Counted from the first letter of the stretch, positions 19,332 through 28,971 are shown. The stretch is 64,000 nucleotides of DNA from Candidatus Zixiibacteriota bacterium (GCA_036826635.1 DAISVY010000012.1:9170-73169); one strand, 5' to 3'. Translations and numbers: made by a program. Notes: generated from the letters alone by a model not told the origin.

Positions 19332-21818
19332 TTACCCGTCACTGCCGACCGGTTCGGCGCTTTCGCGCGGCGGGGCGTTTTTCACGTACTGGTCAAGCCA
19401 CCGACAGGTTTCCCAGAGCAGATGCATAACCGATTCACGCGCCTGGTAGCTGTGACTCTCGCTCGGCAGCATGACCAGCCGGACGGTCGCCCCCAGACCT
19501 TTGAGAGCGTCGAAAAACCGTTCGCTCTGCAGCGGATAGGTGCCGGAGTTGTTATCGGCGTCGCCGTGAACAAGCAGAATCGGTTCGTCTATTTTGTCGG
19601 CGTGCATAAACGGAGACATAGTGAAATAAACTTCCGGAGCCTCCCAGAATGTACGGTCTTCCGACTGAAAACCGAACGGTGTGAGAGTCCGATTGTAAGC
19701 ACCGCTTCGCGCCAGACCCGCCCGGAACAAATCGGAATAAGCCAGCAGGTTGGCCGTCATGAAAGCACCGTAAGAATGGCCGCCGATAGCAATACGGTCG
19801 GGATCGGCCACCCCGCGACGCACCACCTCGTCAACGGCCGCCTGAGCACTGCTGACGAGTTGTTCGATAAAGCTGTCGTTCGGTTCCACGTCTCCCTCGC
19901 CGACCACCGGCATGGAAGGATCGTCCAGCACGGCATATCCCTGCATGAGAAAAATCACCGGCGACCACCAGCCCACCCGCACAAAACGATACGGTGAGTC
20001 CTTGACCTGCCCGGCCGCGTCGGCGCTCTTATACTCTTCGGGGTAAGCCCACATCACCATCGGCAGCGGGCCGTCATCGGGAGAATAACCGGGCGGAAGA
20101 TAAAGAGTACCCGTCAACTGTAACCCGTCGGCGCGCTCGTAACGGATCAATTCCTTCTGCACATCGGCCAACTGGGGCGTCGGGTGCGGGAAAAACGTCA
20201 ACTGATCAATTTGACCGGTCTTCAGGTCCCGGAGAAAGTAGTTGGGAGGTTCACTGACCGATTCCCGCCGCGTTACCAACAGACCTTTCCGGGCATCAAT
20301 CAGACGCACGGGGCTTTCATAGTAAGGCTCACTGGAACGGAAAAGACGCTCGGTTTTGCCCGTTTTCAGATCCAACTCATCCAGAAACGGCCGATCACCT
20401 TCGGGCGAAGCTCCGTTACCGCGGTAGAACAGCTTACGGCCCTTATCCGCGGTCTGAAGCACCCACGTGTTCCGATCTGTCCGTTGGGTCATCGGGGTCC
20501 CGGGATCATTATAGCGATCTTCCCAGGAGTAATCATGAATCAACCGCGGGGCTGCTTCCGGTTTCCCCGGGGCAACAGCCCAAACGCGCTCCCGGCGTGT
20601 CTTCCACCACCATTCATCCACGAGAGCCGTATTGTCACTCCCCCAGGTAACCCCACCACAACGAAGCGCCAGAGTAATAAGCGGTGTCGGTGCCTCGTCG
20701 AACGGTGCCTTGAGCATGAAAATGCGATCCCGCTGTTCGGCTTCGGCCCCGGCGTCTCCGCCATCCATGGCTTCGGCCCAGCATAATGTCGCATCGGCGT
20801 CAGCTCTCCAGCCGATTTCGCGGCGGCCGGTACGCACCGATCCGTATGCTATCGGTATTTGATCGGCCAGCGGCTGATCGACGATTTCGAAAACCGGTTT
20901 ACCATTCATATCCCAGACTTCGCTCTTCAGCGGAAAGCGGGAGGCCGGCACGGTATACGAGTAGGGACGATGGGTTGTCTCCACCAAAAGATATTCCCCG
21001 TCCGGCGAGGGACCGGCAAAACTGATCAACGCCGGCTCACCCAGAGGGGTAACCTCACCTTCGAGGGTAATCCGCACGAGCTGAGAGGTCATATAATACT
21101 CGAACAGCGCCTCGTCATAGGGATTCTCGAGCAGGTCCTGATATGTCCGGGTGGGGGCTTTGCGCCCGATATTTTCCTGCACAACGGGACCCGACGGAAC
21201 CAGCGATTCGGTGGGTGGAGCACCACGATCCGGCGGAATAATCTTGGCTATAAGAATGTGTTTGTCGGAGACCCATTCATAGATATTGCCGGAGGCTCCG
21301 TTGAGGATCACATCAGCCAGTCGATTTGCCGCTGCCGTTTTCATATCCAGCAACCATAATTCCAGCGCGTCGGCCGTGGTAACCACAAAAGAAACGTACT
21401 TGCCGTCCGCCGACCAGCCCACGTCGCTTATACGCGGACGGTCGGGAAGACCGGTCACTTGTTTTTCACTGCCGTCGGATATTTTTCTGATGGTCAGGCC
21501 ATTGTAATACCAGCCTCGACTCGGCCCGTTGGTGCGGGGGTTAATGCGACTTCCCGCCAAACGCAACTCCGGCTGTGAGACCTCCTCTATCGACGGAAGT
21601 CCGGGGCGATCCAGAAGCAACATCCACTCGTTGTCGGGACTCATAGAAGCCACGGGCGTATAGGGAGCATCAATGAGGTCGGCCACCGCCTTGGGCGGCA
21701 TCATGTAAGGCTGAGCCGACTGGCCCGTTACCAACGGACAACATAGCAGCAACAGCGCAATCGTCAGGGTTAAAGATACTGTTATCTCACGTCCTCTTGA
21801 GGGAAACAGACTGTTCAT
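19332..21818 (-). CDS. S9-family serine peptidase (prolyl oligopeptidase/dipeptidyl peptidase type), secreted
   Basis: 828 aa. Signal-like N-terminus, a long beta-propeller-type region, and a C-terminal alpha/beta-hydrolase domain with GGHSYGAFM (GxSxG), VHGDADNN and PSESHSY as a candidate Ser/Asp/His triad. Confidence 0.85.
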   Translation of the reverse strand: MNSLFPSRGREITVSLTLTIALLLLCCPLVTGQSAQPYMMPPKAVADLIDAPYTPVASMSPDNEWMLLLDRPGLPSIEEVSQPELRLAGSRINPRTNGPSRGWYYNGLTIRKISDGSEKQVTGLPDRPRISDVGWSADGKYVSFVVTTADALELWLLDMKTAAANRLADVILNGASGNIYEWVSDKHILIAKIIPPDRGAPPTESLVPSGPVVQENIGRKAPTRTYQDLLENPYDEALFEYYMTSQLVRITLEGEVTPLGEPALISFAGPSPDGEYLLVETTHRPYSYTVPASRFPLKSEVWDMNGKPVFEIVDQPLADQIPIAYGSVRTGRREIGWRADADATLCWAEAMDGGDAGAEAEQRDRIFMLKAPFDEAPTPLITLALRCGGVTWGSDNTALVDEWWWKTRRERVWAVAPGKPEAAPRLIHDYSWEDRYNDPGTPMTQRTDRNTWVLQTADKGRKLFYRGNGASPEGDRPFLDELDLKTGKTERLFRSSEPYYESPVRLIDARKGLLVTRRESVSEPPNYFLRDLKTGQIDQLTFFPHPTPQLADVQKELIRYERADGLQLTGTLYLPPGYSPDDGPLPMVMWAYPEEYKSADAAGQVKDSPYRFVRVGWWSPVIFLMQGYAVLDDPSMPVVGEGDVEPNDSFIEQLVSSAQAAVDEVVRRGVADPDRIAIGGHSYGAFMTANLLAYSDLFRAGLARSGAYNRTLTPFGFQSEDRTFWEAPEVYFTMSPFMHADKIDEPILLVHGDADNNSGTYPLQSERFFDALKGLGATVRLVMLPSESHSYQARESVMHLLWETCRWLDQYVKNAPPRESAEPVGSDG

Positions 21819-21972
21819 GCTTTGAATCTCCGTTTTCAGGTATAGGTTCTATCTTCGATACAGAATAAAAAACGAGCATAATTCCGTTTTGTTTCAATAC
21901 GATAGACCATGTCAGCAATAGTGACAAGTTTATTCTTGAACCGCGGCTGAACGTGTTGACGATTTGCCCACC

Positions 21973-22004
21973 CAAAAATACAGCCGACCCGTTCGAGTCG
22001 GCTG
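21973..22004 (-). terminator. Rho-independent terminator after rnfB
   Basis: Stem CAGCCGAC (21981-21988) / GTCGGCTG (21997-22004) with an 8-nt loop. On the minus strand it is followed by TATTTTTGG. It lies 26 nt after the rnfB stop. Confidence 0.7.
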
Positions 22005-22029
22005 CAGCAATCGCCTTTGTACTCAATAC

Positions 22030-22890
22030 TTATTTCAAAGCATCCGAGGTGGAAGAAGCGGTATGTCGTTCCGGGGGACGGTCGTCATGGAACAACAACA
22101 GGCAGTTGTTGGGACAGGCCTCAAGACACTCGCCGCAGAGAGTGCATTTCTCCGCATTGAAAACCGGGAAATTGCGTGCGTCATCCCAGGTTACGGCTTC
22201 GTACTGACAGACATTCATACACTTCTTGCAGTGCAGACAACCGTGGGGTCCCCGACCCCGGCCCGGGATATTCTTCTGCGCATCGTAACTGCACAACAGA
22301 ACAACTTTGCTGTTCTCAGGCACGAGATGGATAATTCCGCGAGGGCATTCCTTGACGCACAAACCGCAACCGGTACATTTCGCCGGATCGACCACGGCCA
22401 CATCATTTTCCGGATCGATATGAATAGCCCCCTCGGGGCAAACTTCAACACAATCCCCCAACCCGAGACAACCGTAAGGACAACGCTTGTACCCCCCAAG
22501 CAACAGAGTCGCCGCTTTGCAGGTCTTAACACCGGAGTACTCGCCGATCCTCTCGCCATCGCCGCTGCAGGCCACCACCGCTTTGTTCCTCACGGCCGAG
22601 GCATCGATATCCAGATCGAGCATCTCCTTCAAAGCGGCCAGCATCTTCGGACTCTGCATAACGCCGGGACACGGAGAATTGATAAACACCTGCTTGTCCT
22701 CGGCCAGCGCCTGCGCATAGGCAAAACAGCCCGGATAACCGCAGGCTCCGCAGTTGGCGGCGGGCAGATTGGCCGAGATCTTCTCGATTTTCTTGAACGA
22801 CTCGGGCTCGGCCGGCAAAACGCGGTAAGCAATGTAAATGGCCAATCCGCAGATCAACCCGATTGATGTCAAAAGCGCAACAACTACCAT
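22030..22890 (-). CDS. rnfB: Rnf complex subunit B (polyferredoxin)
   Basis: N-terminal TM helix, then CGACGYPGCFAYA, and several CxxCxxCxxxCP ferredoxin motifs (CTGCGLCVKECP, CTLCGECLEACP). Confidence 0.85.
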   Translation of the reverse strand: MVVVALLTSIGLICGLAIYIAYRVLPAEPESFKKIEKISANLPAANCGACGYPGCFAYAQALAEDKQVFINSPCPGVMQSPKMLAALKEMLDLDIDASAVRNKAVVACSGDGERIGEYSGVKTCKAATLLLGGYKRCPYGCLGLGDCVEVCPEGAIHIDPENDVAVVDPAKCTGCGLCVKECPRGIIHLVPENSKVVLLCSYDAQKNIPGRGRGPHGCLHCKKCMNVCQYEAVTWDDARNFPVFNAEKCTLCGECLEACPNNCLLLFHDDRPPERHTASSTSDALK

Positions 22891-22914
22891 ACTATCACAC
22901 CGTCCGATTAACGA

Positions 22915-23133
22915 CTAACCCGAATTTCTGTTGTTAGCCCGTACCTTTGCCTGCACCGTGACGGGACATCGCCCCGGATGAGCACAATCCCGACAGCCGT
23001 GCTGCAAGTTATCACCCATGTCGTTATGGGCACCACCGGAGGTCTTCTCCTGCAAGACACTGCTGCCACCCAGCCAGAGAATCACGCCACACAACACGAG
23101 TATCGCGGTCACGAGCAGAACTCCCGTCAACAT
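22915..23133 (-). CDS. Small (72 aa) single-TM, Cys/His-rich membrane protein inside the rnf operon
   Basis: ATG at 23133 with GGAGGA 6 nt upstream. Product: MLTGVLLVTAILVLCGVILWLGG (TM helix), then ...HNDMGDNLQHGCRDCAHPGRCP. It fills an otherwise unexplained 274-nt gap between rnfA and rnfB. The longer track ORF (to 23190) would overlap rnfA. Confidence 0.55.
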   Translation of the reverse strand: MLTGVLLVTAILVLCGVILWLGGSSVLQEKTSGGAHNDMGDNLQHGCRDCAHPGRCPVTVQAKVRANNRNSG

Positions 23134-23164
23134 ATTCCGTCCTCCGGCTTCTCCCGACTCGACC

Positions 23165-23740
23165 TCACACCATTCCGCTGAAACCCACAAAGGCCAGGGC
23201 CAGCAGCGCCGCCGTAATGTAGGCTATCGGCAGACCTTTCATACATCGCGGACAATCGCACAATTCCAGCTTCTCGCGAATGCCCGACATAATCAGCAGC
23301 ACCATGGTGAACCCCACACCGCCGCCAAAGGCGCTGACGAGGCTCTCCAAAATCGTATATTCTTCCTGGGCGTTGATCAGCGTCACCCCGAGAACGGCAC
23401 AATTGGTCGTTATCAGCGGCAGGAAAATCCCCAGGGCATTATACAGCTTTATGTTCGTCCGCTTGATCGCCAGTTCCGTTATCTGCACCAGCGAAGCAAT
23501 CACCAGGATATAGGTGACGATGTTCATGAACTGAACGTTATATGGAATAAGAACCAAACGATCAATAATGGCCGTGGCGAACGACGCAATCAGCATGACC
23601 AAAGTGACAGCAATACCCATGCTGAGAGCGTTGGAGGTATCCTTGGACACGCCGAAGAACGGACACAGGCCGAGGAACTTGGCCAGCACCATATTATTGA
23701 TGATGGCCATGACGACGAATATCGTAAGCAGACTACTCAT
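23165..23740 (-). CDS. rnfA: Rnf complex subunit A
   Basis: 191 aa, six-TM protein. NNMVLAKFLGLCPFFGVS and LPLITTNCAVLGV match RnfA/NqrE-family blocks. Confidence 0.9.
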   Translation of the reverse strand: MSSLLTIFVVMAIINNMVLAKFLGLCPFFGVSKDTSNALSMGIAVTLVMLIASFATAIIDRLVLIPYNVQFMNIVTYILVIASLVQITELAIKRTNIKLYNALGIFLPLITTNCAVLGVTLINAQEEYTILESLVSAFGGGVGFTMVLLIMSGIREKLELCDCPRCMKGLPIAYITAALLALAFVGFSGMV

Positions 23741-24374
23741 TCTTGATCACCCCCACGCGCCGGAACAGCGCCAGCAACAAACCAATAACCAAAAAGGCCC
23801 CGGGTGAGAGCACAAAGAAGAACAACGGGTGATCCGCCAGCCCGGGAATGGAGAACAACTTGACACCGAAGGTCGACAGGCTGCCGCTGCCGAGCAGTTC
23901 CCGGAACAGCGCAATCAGCACCAGTGCGATAGTAAACCCGACACCGATACCAAGAGCATCGCTTATCGACATCGCCACGGAATTCTTCGAGGCAAACACT
24001 TCCGCCCGCCCCAGAATCACACAGTTGACCACTATCAGTGAAAGGTAAATCCCCAGAGACTCGTAAAGAGGCGGGAAATAGGCTTCAAAGACAAGGCTTA
24101 CGATAGTCACAAAAGTGGCAATAATCACGATAAAGACCGGAATCCTTACCATGTTGGGAATAATCCGCCGCATCATGGCTATAATGATATTGGCACATAG
24201 CAGCACGAATATAACACCGGCTCCCATACCGATGGCGTTATCCACACTCGAGGTTACCGCAAGCGTGGGACACAGTCCCAGAGTGAGTACGAATACCGGG
24301 TTGGATATTACCAACCCCTTCGTGAATTCCTTCCAGAACCGTTTTCCGAAACTTTCGTTTTGGTTCTTACTCAA
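23733..24374 (-). CDS. rnfE: Rnf complex subunit E
   Basis: 213 aa. NPVFVLTLGLCPTLAVTSS and LSLIVVNCVILGRAE match RnfE/NqrD-family blocks. TTG start as in the track; 8-nt overlap with rnfA. Confidence 0.88.
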   Translation of the reverse strand: MSKNQNESFGKRFWKEFTKGLVISNPVFVLTLGLCPTLAVTSSVDNAIGMGAGVIFVLLCANIIIAMMRRIIPNMVRIPVFIVIIATFVTIVSLVFEAYFPPLYESLGIYLSLIVVNCVILGRAEVFASKNSVAMSISDALGIGVGFTIALVLIALFRELLGSGSLSTFGVKLFSIPGLADHPLFFFVLSPGAFLVIGLLLALFRRVGVIKNE

Positions 24375-24396
24375 AGTCCGAGAGCTTTCTGTACAA

Positions 24397-24993
24397 TCAG
24401 TTCTTTGTCCCGGCCGGGGCTATTTCTCCCGACTCTGGCTGTTCGCTCTGTTTCAGCTTTATATATTCTATCTTCTCGGTCATCATCGTCCTTACGGCAT
24501 TCGTTACCGCCCGGGAACTGATAGTCGCCCCCGAGATAGCGTCTATCTTGCCGCCTTCCTTGCTCAGCGCCACGTCGTCCAGAGACAACCCCCGATATTG
24601 ACTCCGGAATGCCTCCTCTTTCACCTTGTCTCCCAGACCCGGCGTTTCGGTGTGAGCCAGTACGGCCACATCCTTGATAATAAAATCAGCCGTCATACCG
24701 ACCAGCAGCCGAATATCCCCGCCATATCCTTTGCCATTGCCCAGCAGAGCATAACCGACAATGGCGGAATCGCACCGAATCGTATAGATATCGTTCTCGA
24801 AACCGTAATCGGTCATCTCGGGGAAAAGACTGACCAGCAGGGCCTTGACATTGGCCTCGCGCGCCTGTTGGATTTTCGGTTCCGTTACACCGTAGACACT
24901 CATCAATATGGCTACCGAAAGGAGCACAACGAGAGTAAGGAAAACAACGGCGTATATTCTGTTCTCGACTATGTTTTTCAGCATTGTCGTCAT
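24397..24993 (-). CDS. rnfG: Rnf complex subunit G (FMN-binding)
   Basis: 198 aa. N-terminal TM anchor, HTETPGLGDK, and the flavinylation-type motif DAISGATISSRAV. Confidence 0.85.
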   Translation of the reverse strand: MTTMLKNIVENRIYAVVFLTLVVLLSVAILMSVYGVTEPKIQQAREANVKALLVSLFPEMTDYGFENDIYTIRCDSAIVGYALLGNGKGYGGDIRLLVGMTADFIIKDVAVLAHTETPGLGDKVKEEAFRSQYRGLSLDDVALSKEGGKIDAISGATISSRAVTNAVRTMMTEKIEYIKLKQSEQPESGEIAPAGTKN

Positions 24994-24997
24994 CCGC

Positions 24998-25966
24998 CTA
25001 CATTTTGGCCGCCTTCACCTTCTGATAACCGAAGGGGCGAGGTCTGATGTGCTTATCGATAAGAGGCGTAACACAGTTCATCAGGAGTATGGAAAAACAA
25101 ACCCCCTCCGGCATGCCTCCGAAATTGCGAATCAAAACCACGAGCACCCCGGCGCCGATCCCGAATATGATCCGGCCGCGACCGGTCACCGGCGAGGTGA
25201 CATAATCGGTAGCCATAAACAGCGCCCCGAGCAGCAGTCCCCCGGCCAACAGGTGAAAAATCACATCCTGACCCAGAATGGCCGAACCCAGAGCCACCGT
25301 ACCGACATAGAACAGGGGGATTCTCCAGTCAATCGCTCTTGTTACAAGCAAGATAAGGCCCCCGATAATAACGAAAAGGGCCGAGGTTTCACCTATCGAG
25401 CCCCCCACATTACCGATCAACAGATTCCAATACAGATCAACCTTATCACCGGTGAAAACAAAGCTGCTGTTCAACGGGGTCGCCGTCGAAACCGCATCGA
25501 AAGTAAACCCGGTCGGGGCTACCCAGGTGGTCATCTCACCGGCGAAACAGACCGTCAGAAAAGCCCGGCCAGCCAGAGCCGGATTGAATATGTTGCAGCC
25601 CAGTCCGCCGAAAGCCTCCTTGGCCACGGCGATGGAGAAGATCGTCCCGAGAGCCGCCATCCAGAGCGGCAAAGTGGGCGGAAGCACGAGCGCCAGCAAC
25701 AAGCCGGTAATAACAGCACTGCCGTCCATAACAAAGGGCCGTTTGCGCCACTTCTTGATCAGCCACTCCGTGATTACCGCCGTCGCGACGCAGACTATTA
25801 CGGACAAAGCCGCATAGTAACCGAAAAAGTAAATGCCGGCGCCCGTAGGAAACAGCAAAGCGATTACGACAAGGTACATGAGTTTGCTGACGGAAGTACC
25901 CTGCCATATGTGCGGAGCCCGCAGGATGAGCAGCTTATCTCTATATTCCGAAGCTCTGTCTACCAT
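24998..25966 (-). CDS. rnfD: Rnf complex subunit D
   Basis: 322 aa polytopic protein with NqrB/RnfD-type blocks: FNPALAGRAF, DAVSTATPL, GETSAL, and FMATDYVTSP. Confidence 0.9.
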   Translation of the reverse strand: MVDRASEYRDKLLILRAPHIWQGTSVSKLMYLVVIALLFPTGAGIYFFGYYAALSVIVCVATAVITEWLIKKWRKRPFVMDGSAVITGLLLALVLPPTLPLWMAALGTIFSIAVAKEAFGGLGCNIFNPALAGRAFLTVCFAGEMTTWVAPTGFTFDAVSTATPLNSSFVFTGDKVDLYWNLLIGNVGGSIGETSALFVIIGGLILLVTRAIDWRIPLFYVGTVALGSAILGQDVIFHLLAGGLLLGALFMATDYVTSPVTGRGRIIFGIGAGVLVVLIRNFGGMPEGVCFSILLMNCVTPLIDKHIRPRPFGYQKVKAAKM

Positions 25967-26023
25967 AATCCGTGGTCCGTTCCGAGGATTTCTTTAACCG
26001 TCGGAACCCTCAGATAGCCTTTC

Positions 26024-27388
26024 TTATTTCTTTCCTTTTTTGGCCAGCACACTCTTGGCCGTCTTTACATATTGCACGGCCGCTATATTGGCCGGGCAGG
26101 CATAGGCACAGGTGCCGCACTCGATACAATCGGCAATGAAGTAATCCTCACAAGCCTCGTACCGTCCGGCCTTAACGTTGCGCACGAACATCAGCGGCAT
26201 GAGATTCATGGGACAAGCCTGCACACATCGACCGCAATTGATGCAGTTTCCTTCTTCGGCGGGCCGGCTTTCCCTGACCAGAATACAGTTAACCGCTTTC
26301 GTAACGGGATAGGTCGGGTCGGCAATAGCCACCCCCATCATCGGCCCACCGGTGACGATTTCATTGGCTTTTCCAATCGGACCGCCACAGTAGTCGATAA
26401 GAGACTGGATAGGCACCCCCATGCGAACCAGCAGGTTTTTCGGCTCTTTAACCGCCCCGGTAACCGTAACCAGACGCTCGATCAGCGGTCGGCCTTCAAC
26501 CACACCCTCCCATACAACCTTGGCGGTAGTGACATTACTGACGACCACACCGACATCCATGGGCAGTCCGCCGATAGGCACTTCCCGCCCCAGGATTGTC
26601 TTAATGAGAGTTTTTTCCGCTCCCATGGGGTATTTGGACTCAAGCGAGACCACCGTAAACTTGTCGGCGAACCCCATTTCCCCGATCAGTTTGACCATAT
26701 TGTCGATAGCGTCCGGTTTGTTGTCCTCGATACCGATGTATACCTCACGCGGATTCAGCAATTTGTATATAATGTACAAGCCAAGAAGCACCTCGCGTCC
26801 GTTTTCGACAAGGGTGCGGTGATCCGACGTGATAAAAGGCTCGCACTCGCAGCCATTAAGAATCAGCGTATCTATCTTTTTATCCGGCGGCGGCGACAGT
26901 TTGATATGAGTCGGGAAAGTTGCTCCGCCCAAACCGACCGCTCCCGACTCGCGAACCCGCTTTATAACCTCATCCCGGGGAAGCTTATCAATAGCGCTCA
27001 GGACCTGCGACAGACTGTCGGTATCGTCGATTCCGGGCAAACGGTTCAGCTCGACCCATTCGTCTTTACCGTCGGAAGTTATCTCCAAAGCATCAATAAT
27101 CCGACTGTTCACCGGGCTGACATACTTCACCAACTTGCTGACCTTCCCCGAAACGGGCGAATGCAGCGGCACCGAGACGAAAGCATCGGACTCAGCGATC
27201 TTCTGTCCCGTTTTGACCTCTTCCCCCCGCTTTACCAGCGGCGTACACGGTGCCCCGATATTCTGGTTAAGCGGAATGAGGACCTTCTCCGGAAGAGGGA
27301 ATTTCTCGGTTGCGCTGGCGGCGGTCAGTTTGTTTTCCGGCAAATGGCGCCCTTTGAAAGCGCTTTTTTTCTTAATCGCCACAGTCAT
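26024..27388 (-). CDS. rnfC: Rnf complex subunit C
   Basis: IPLNQNIGAPCTPLVKRGEEVKTGQKIAE, GLGGATFPTHIKL, LILNGCECEPFITSDHR, and two 4Fe-4S motifs (CINCGRCVQACP, CIECGTCAYACP). I chose the ATG at 27388. The track start at 27403 is a TTG five codons upstream. Confidence 0.9.
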   Translation of the reverse strand: MTVAIKKKSAFKGRHLPENKLTAASATEKFPLPEKVLIPLNQNIGAPCTPLVKRGEEVKTGQKIAESDAFVSVPLHSPVSGKVSKLVKYVSPVNSRIIDALEITSDGKDEWVELNRLPGIDDTDSLSQVLSAIDKLPRDEVIKRVRESGAVGLGGATFPTHIKLSPPPDKKIDTLILNGCECEPFITSDHRTLVENGREVLLGLYIIYKLLNPREVYIGIEDNKPDAIDNMVKLIGEMGFADKFTVVSLESKYPMGAEKTLIKTILGREVPIGGLPMDVGVVVSNVTTAKVVWEGVVEGRPLIERLVTVTGAVKEPKNLLVRMGVPIQSLIDYCGGPIGKANEIVTGGPMMGVAIADPTYPVTKAVNCILVRESRPAEEGNCINCGRCVQACPMNLMPLMFVRNVKAGRYEACEDYFIADCIECGTCAYACPANIAAVQYVKTAKSVLAKKGKK

Positions 27389-27922
27389 AGTTTTGTTGCC
27401 CAACCTTGCCTTATTCTGTTCTGCAACGGTCCTGCTTTTCCGCGACAGTCCGAGCCACTTCTGCCCGACAGATTAAAAGCATCCGGCCGGGGCGGTTCAA
27501 TCCCGAGGCCGTGCTTTCCGCCGAACAGGCTATACTCGTACAGGGGAGATAAGTGCGGCCCGGTATCAGACGATGCATTACCATAATCATTACTACCCCG
27601 GTGCTCTTAAGCTTTTTGACTTCGAGCTCCCGTCTGCCGGTCACAGTACATTCGCGGGCAGTCACTCAGGTGACGTGCAGGCTTCCGTGGCCAAGTTTGG
27701 CCAATATAACGGACAATAAAAAGATTCCAAGTATTTTCTTCCATATTGTTATCTGCCATATCCGAATAGTGTTTATGCACTTACCTTCCGTCCGGTTAAA
27801 CCGCCGGTTTATCTCTCGTTGGCAGTTCCGCGACATCTCGCAACTTACCGACCCGGCGAGCGGTCAGATAAGTTAAAAACAACACCGGTTTTTCAGGAGC
27901 AATGGATTTCGTAGTTGTATTT

Positions 27923-27960
27923 CCTCCCTGTTTTCCACACCTTTCCACACCATAGGGAGG
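27923..27960. promoter_or_regulatory. Candidate regulatory element upstream of the efflux operon: an inverted repeat enclosing a perfect tandem 10-bp direct repeat
   Basis: CCTCCCT (27923-27929) and AGGGAGG (27954-27960) flank TTTCCACACC TTTCCACACC (27932-27941 and 27942-27951). The element ends about 80 nt upstream of the ABC ATPase start at 28039. Confidence 0.35.
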
Positions 27961-28038
27961 GAATGTACGCCTAATAGGATTTGTCTAATGGCATGTATTG
28001 TGGCAAGCTGAGATACCACAGGCAAAGAAAGGGCAGAA

Positions 28039-28950
28039 TTGCAGATTTCGATAAGCGGCCTCACCAAACGCTACCCCGGAGGTAAATATGCCATCAGGGA
28101 TATTGATCTGAACATCGGCAGCGGCATGTTCGGACTTCTCGGCCCCAATGGCGCCGGCAAAACCACCCTGATGCGAATTCTGGTCACGATGCTCAAACCG
28201 ACCACCGGGCAGGTTCTGGTCGACGGGATGGACCTGCAGAAACACCGCCGCCAGATTCGCAAGATGGTCGGGTACCTGCCGCAGGATTTCAGCACGTTTT
28301 CGAAACTGGCCGTCTGGGAATTTCTGGATTACGCCGGATCGCTCAGCGGTCTGCGCAATCGCAAAGAGCGTTCGGCCCAGGTGGACCGACTGCTCGACAG
28401 CGTGGGGCTTTTTGACGTCCGTGACCGACGAGCCGACAAGTTATCGGGCGGCATGAAGCGACGCCTCGGGATCGCCCAGACTTTGGTGGGTGATCCCAAA
28501 ATCATGGTCGTCGACGAGCCTACGGTCGGTCTTGATCCTCAGGAGAGACTGCGCTTTCGCAACCTCATGGCCGACCTGACCCGACAGGACATCATCATCA
28601 TTCTGTCCACCCATATCGTGGGTGATATTTCTTCAACCTGTACCGACATGGCCCTTCTGAACACGGGCAAGATCGTATTCAACGGTCCGCCTACCGATCT
28701 GGTGACAGCCGCCAAAGGACGGGTATGGAAAGTCTCCGCTTCGGATCAGGAATTAGACAACCTCAAGGAACGTTACCCGGTTATATCGACCGTACCTGCC
28801 GAGCACGGATATGAAGTTCGACTGGTCGCCGATGAAGTCGCCGGCAAAGCGGCCGAACCGGTGGAACCGAACCTGGAAGATGCGTACATTCTATACATGC
28901 AATCGGTCGGCTACGATGTCGATCTGGAGGCAGGAGTCAACGAATGGTAA
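28039..28950 (+). CDS. ABC transporter ATP-binding protein (ABC-2/DrrA-like type)
   Basis: Walker A GPNGAGKTT, Q-loop YLPQD, signature LSGGMKRRLGIA, Walker B IMVVDEPTVGLD, H-loop STHIV. TTG start as in the track. Confidence 0.88.
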   Translation: MQISISGLTKRYPGGKYAIRDIDLNIGSGMFGLLGPNGAGKTTLMRILVTMLKPTTGQVLVDGMDLQKHRRQIRKMVGYLPQDFSTFSKLAVWEFLDYAGSLSGLRNRKERSAQVDRLLDSVGLFDVRDRRADKLSGGMKRRLGIAQTLVGDPKIMVVDEPTVGLDPQERLRFRNLMADLTRQDIIIILSTHIVGDISSTCTDMALLNTGKIVFNGPPTDLVTAAKGRVWKVSASDQELDNLKERYPVISTVPAEHGYEVRLVADEVAGKAAEPVEPNLEDAYILYMQSVGYDVDLEAGVNEW

Positions 28951-28971
28951 TCGGACAAGGAGTTCCCGTTC

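Noticed and set aside
23134-23190. Longer 91-aa version of the small Cys-rich ORF
   Set aside because: The extension would overlap the 3' end of rnfA by 26 nt and lacks an RBS. The internal ATG at 23133 has GGAGGA at ideal spacing.
21964-27586. Large plus-strand ORFs across the rnf operon (300, 242, 310, 369 and 504 aa)
   Set aside because: All are antisense to rnfB/A/E/G/D/C, which carry diagnostic motifs. The plus-strand translations are Arg/His/Gln-rich low-complexity sequence.
27963-27974. Three-codon mini-ORF (ATG TAC GCC TAA) after AGGGAGG as a possible leader peptide
   Set aside because: The SD-like sequence is only about 1 nt from the ATG, and a 3-codon ORF has no supporting evidence.
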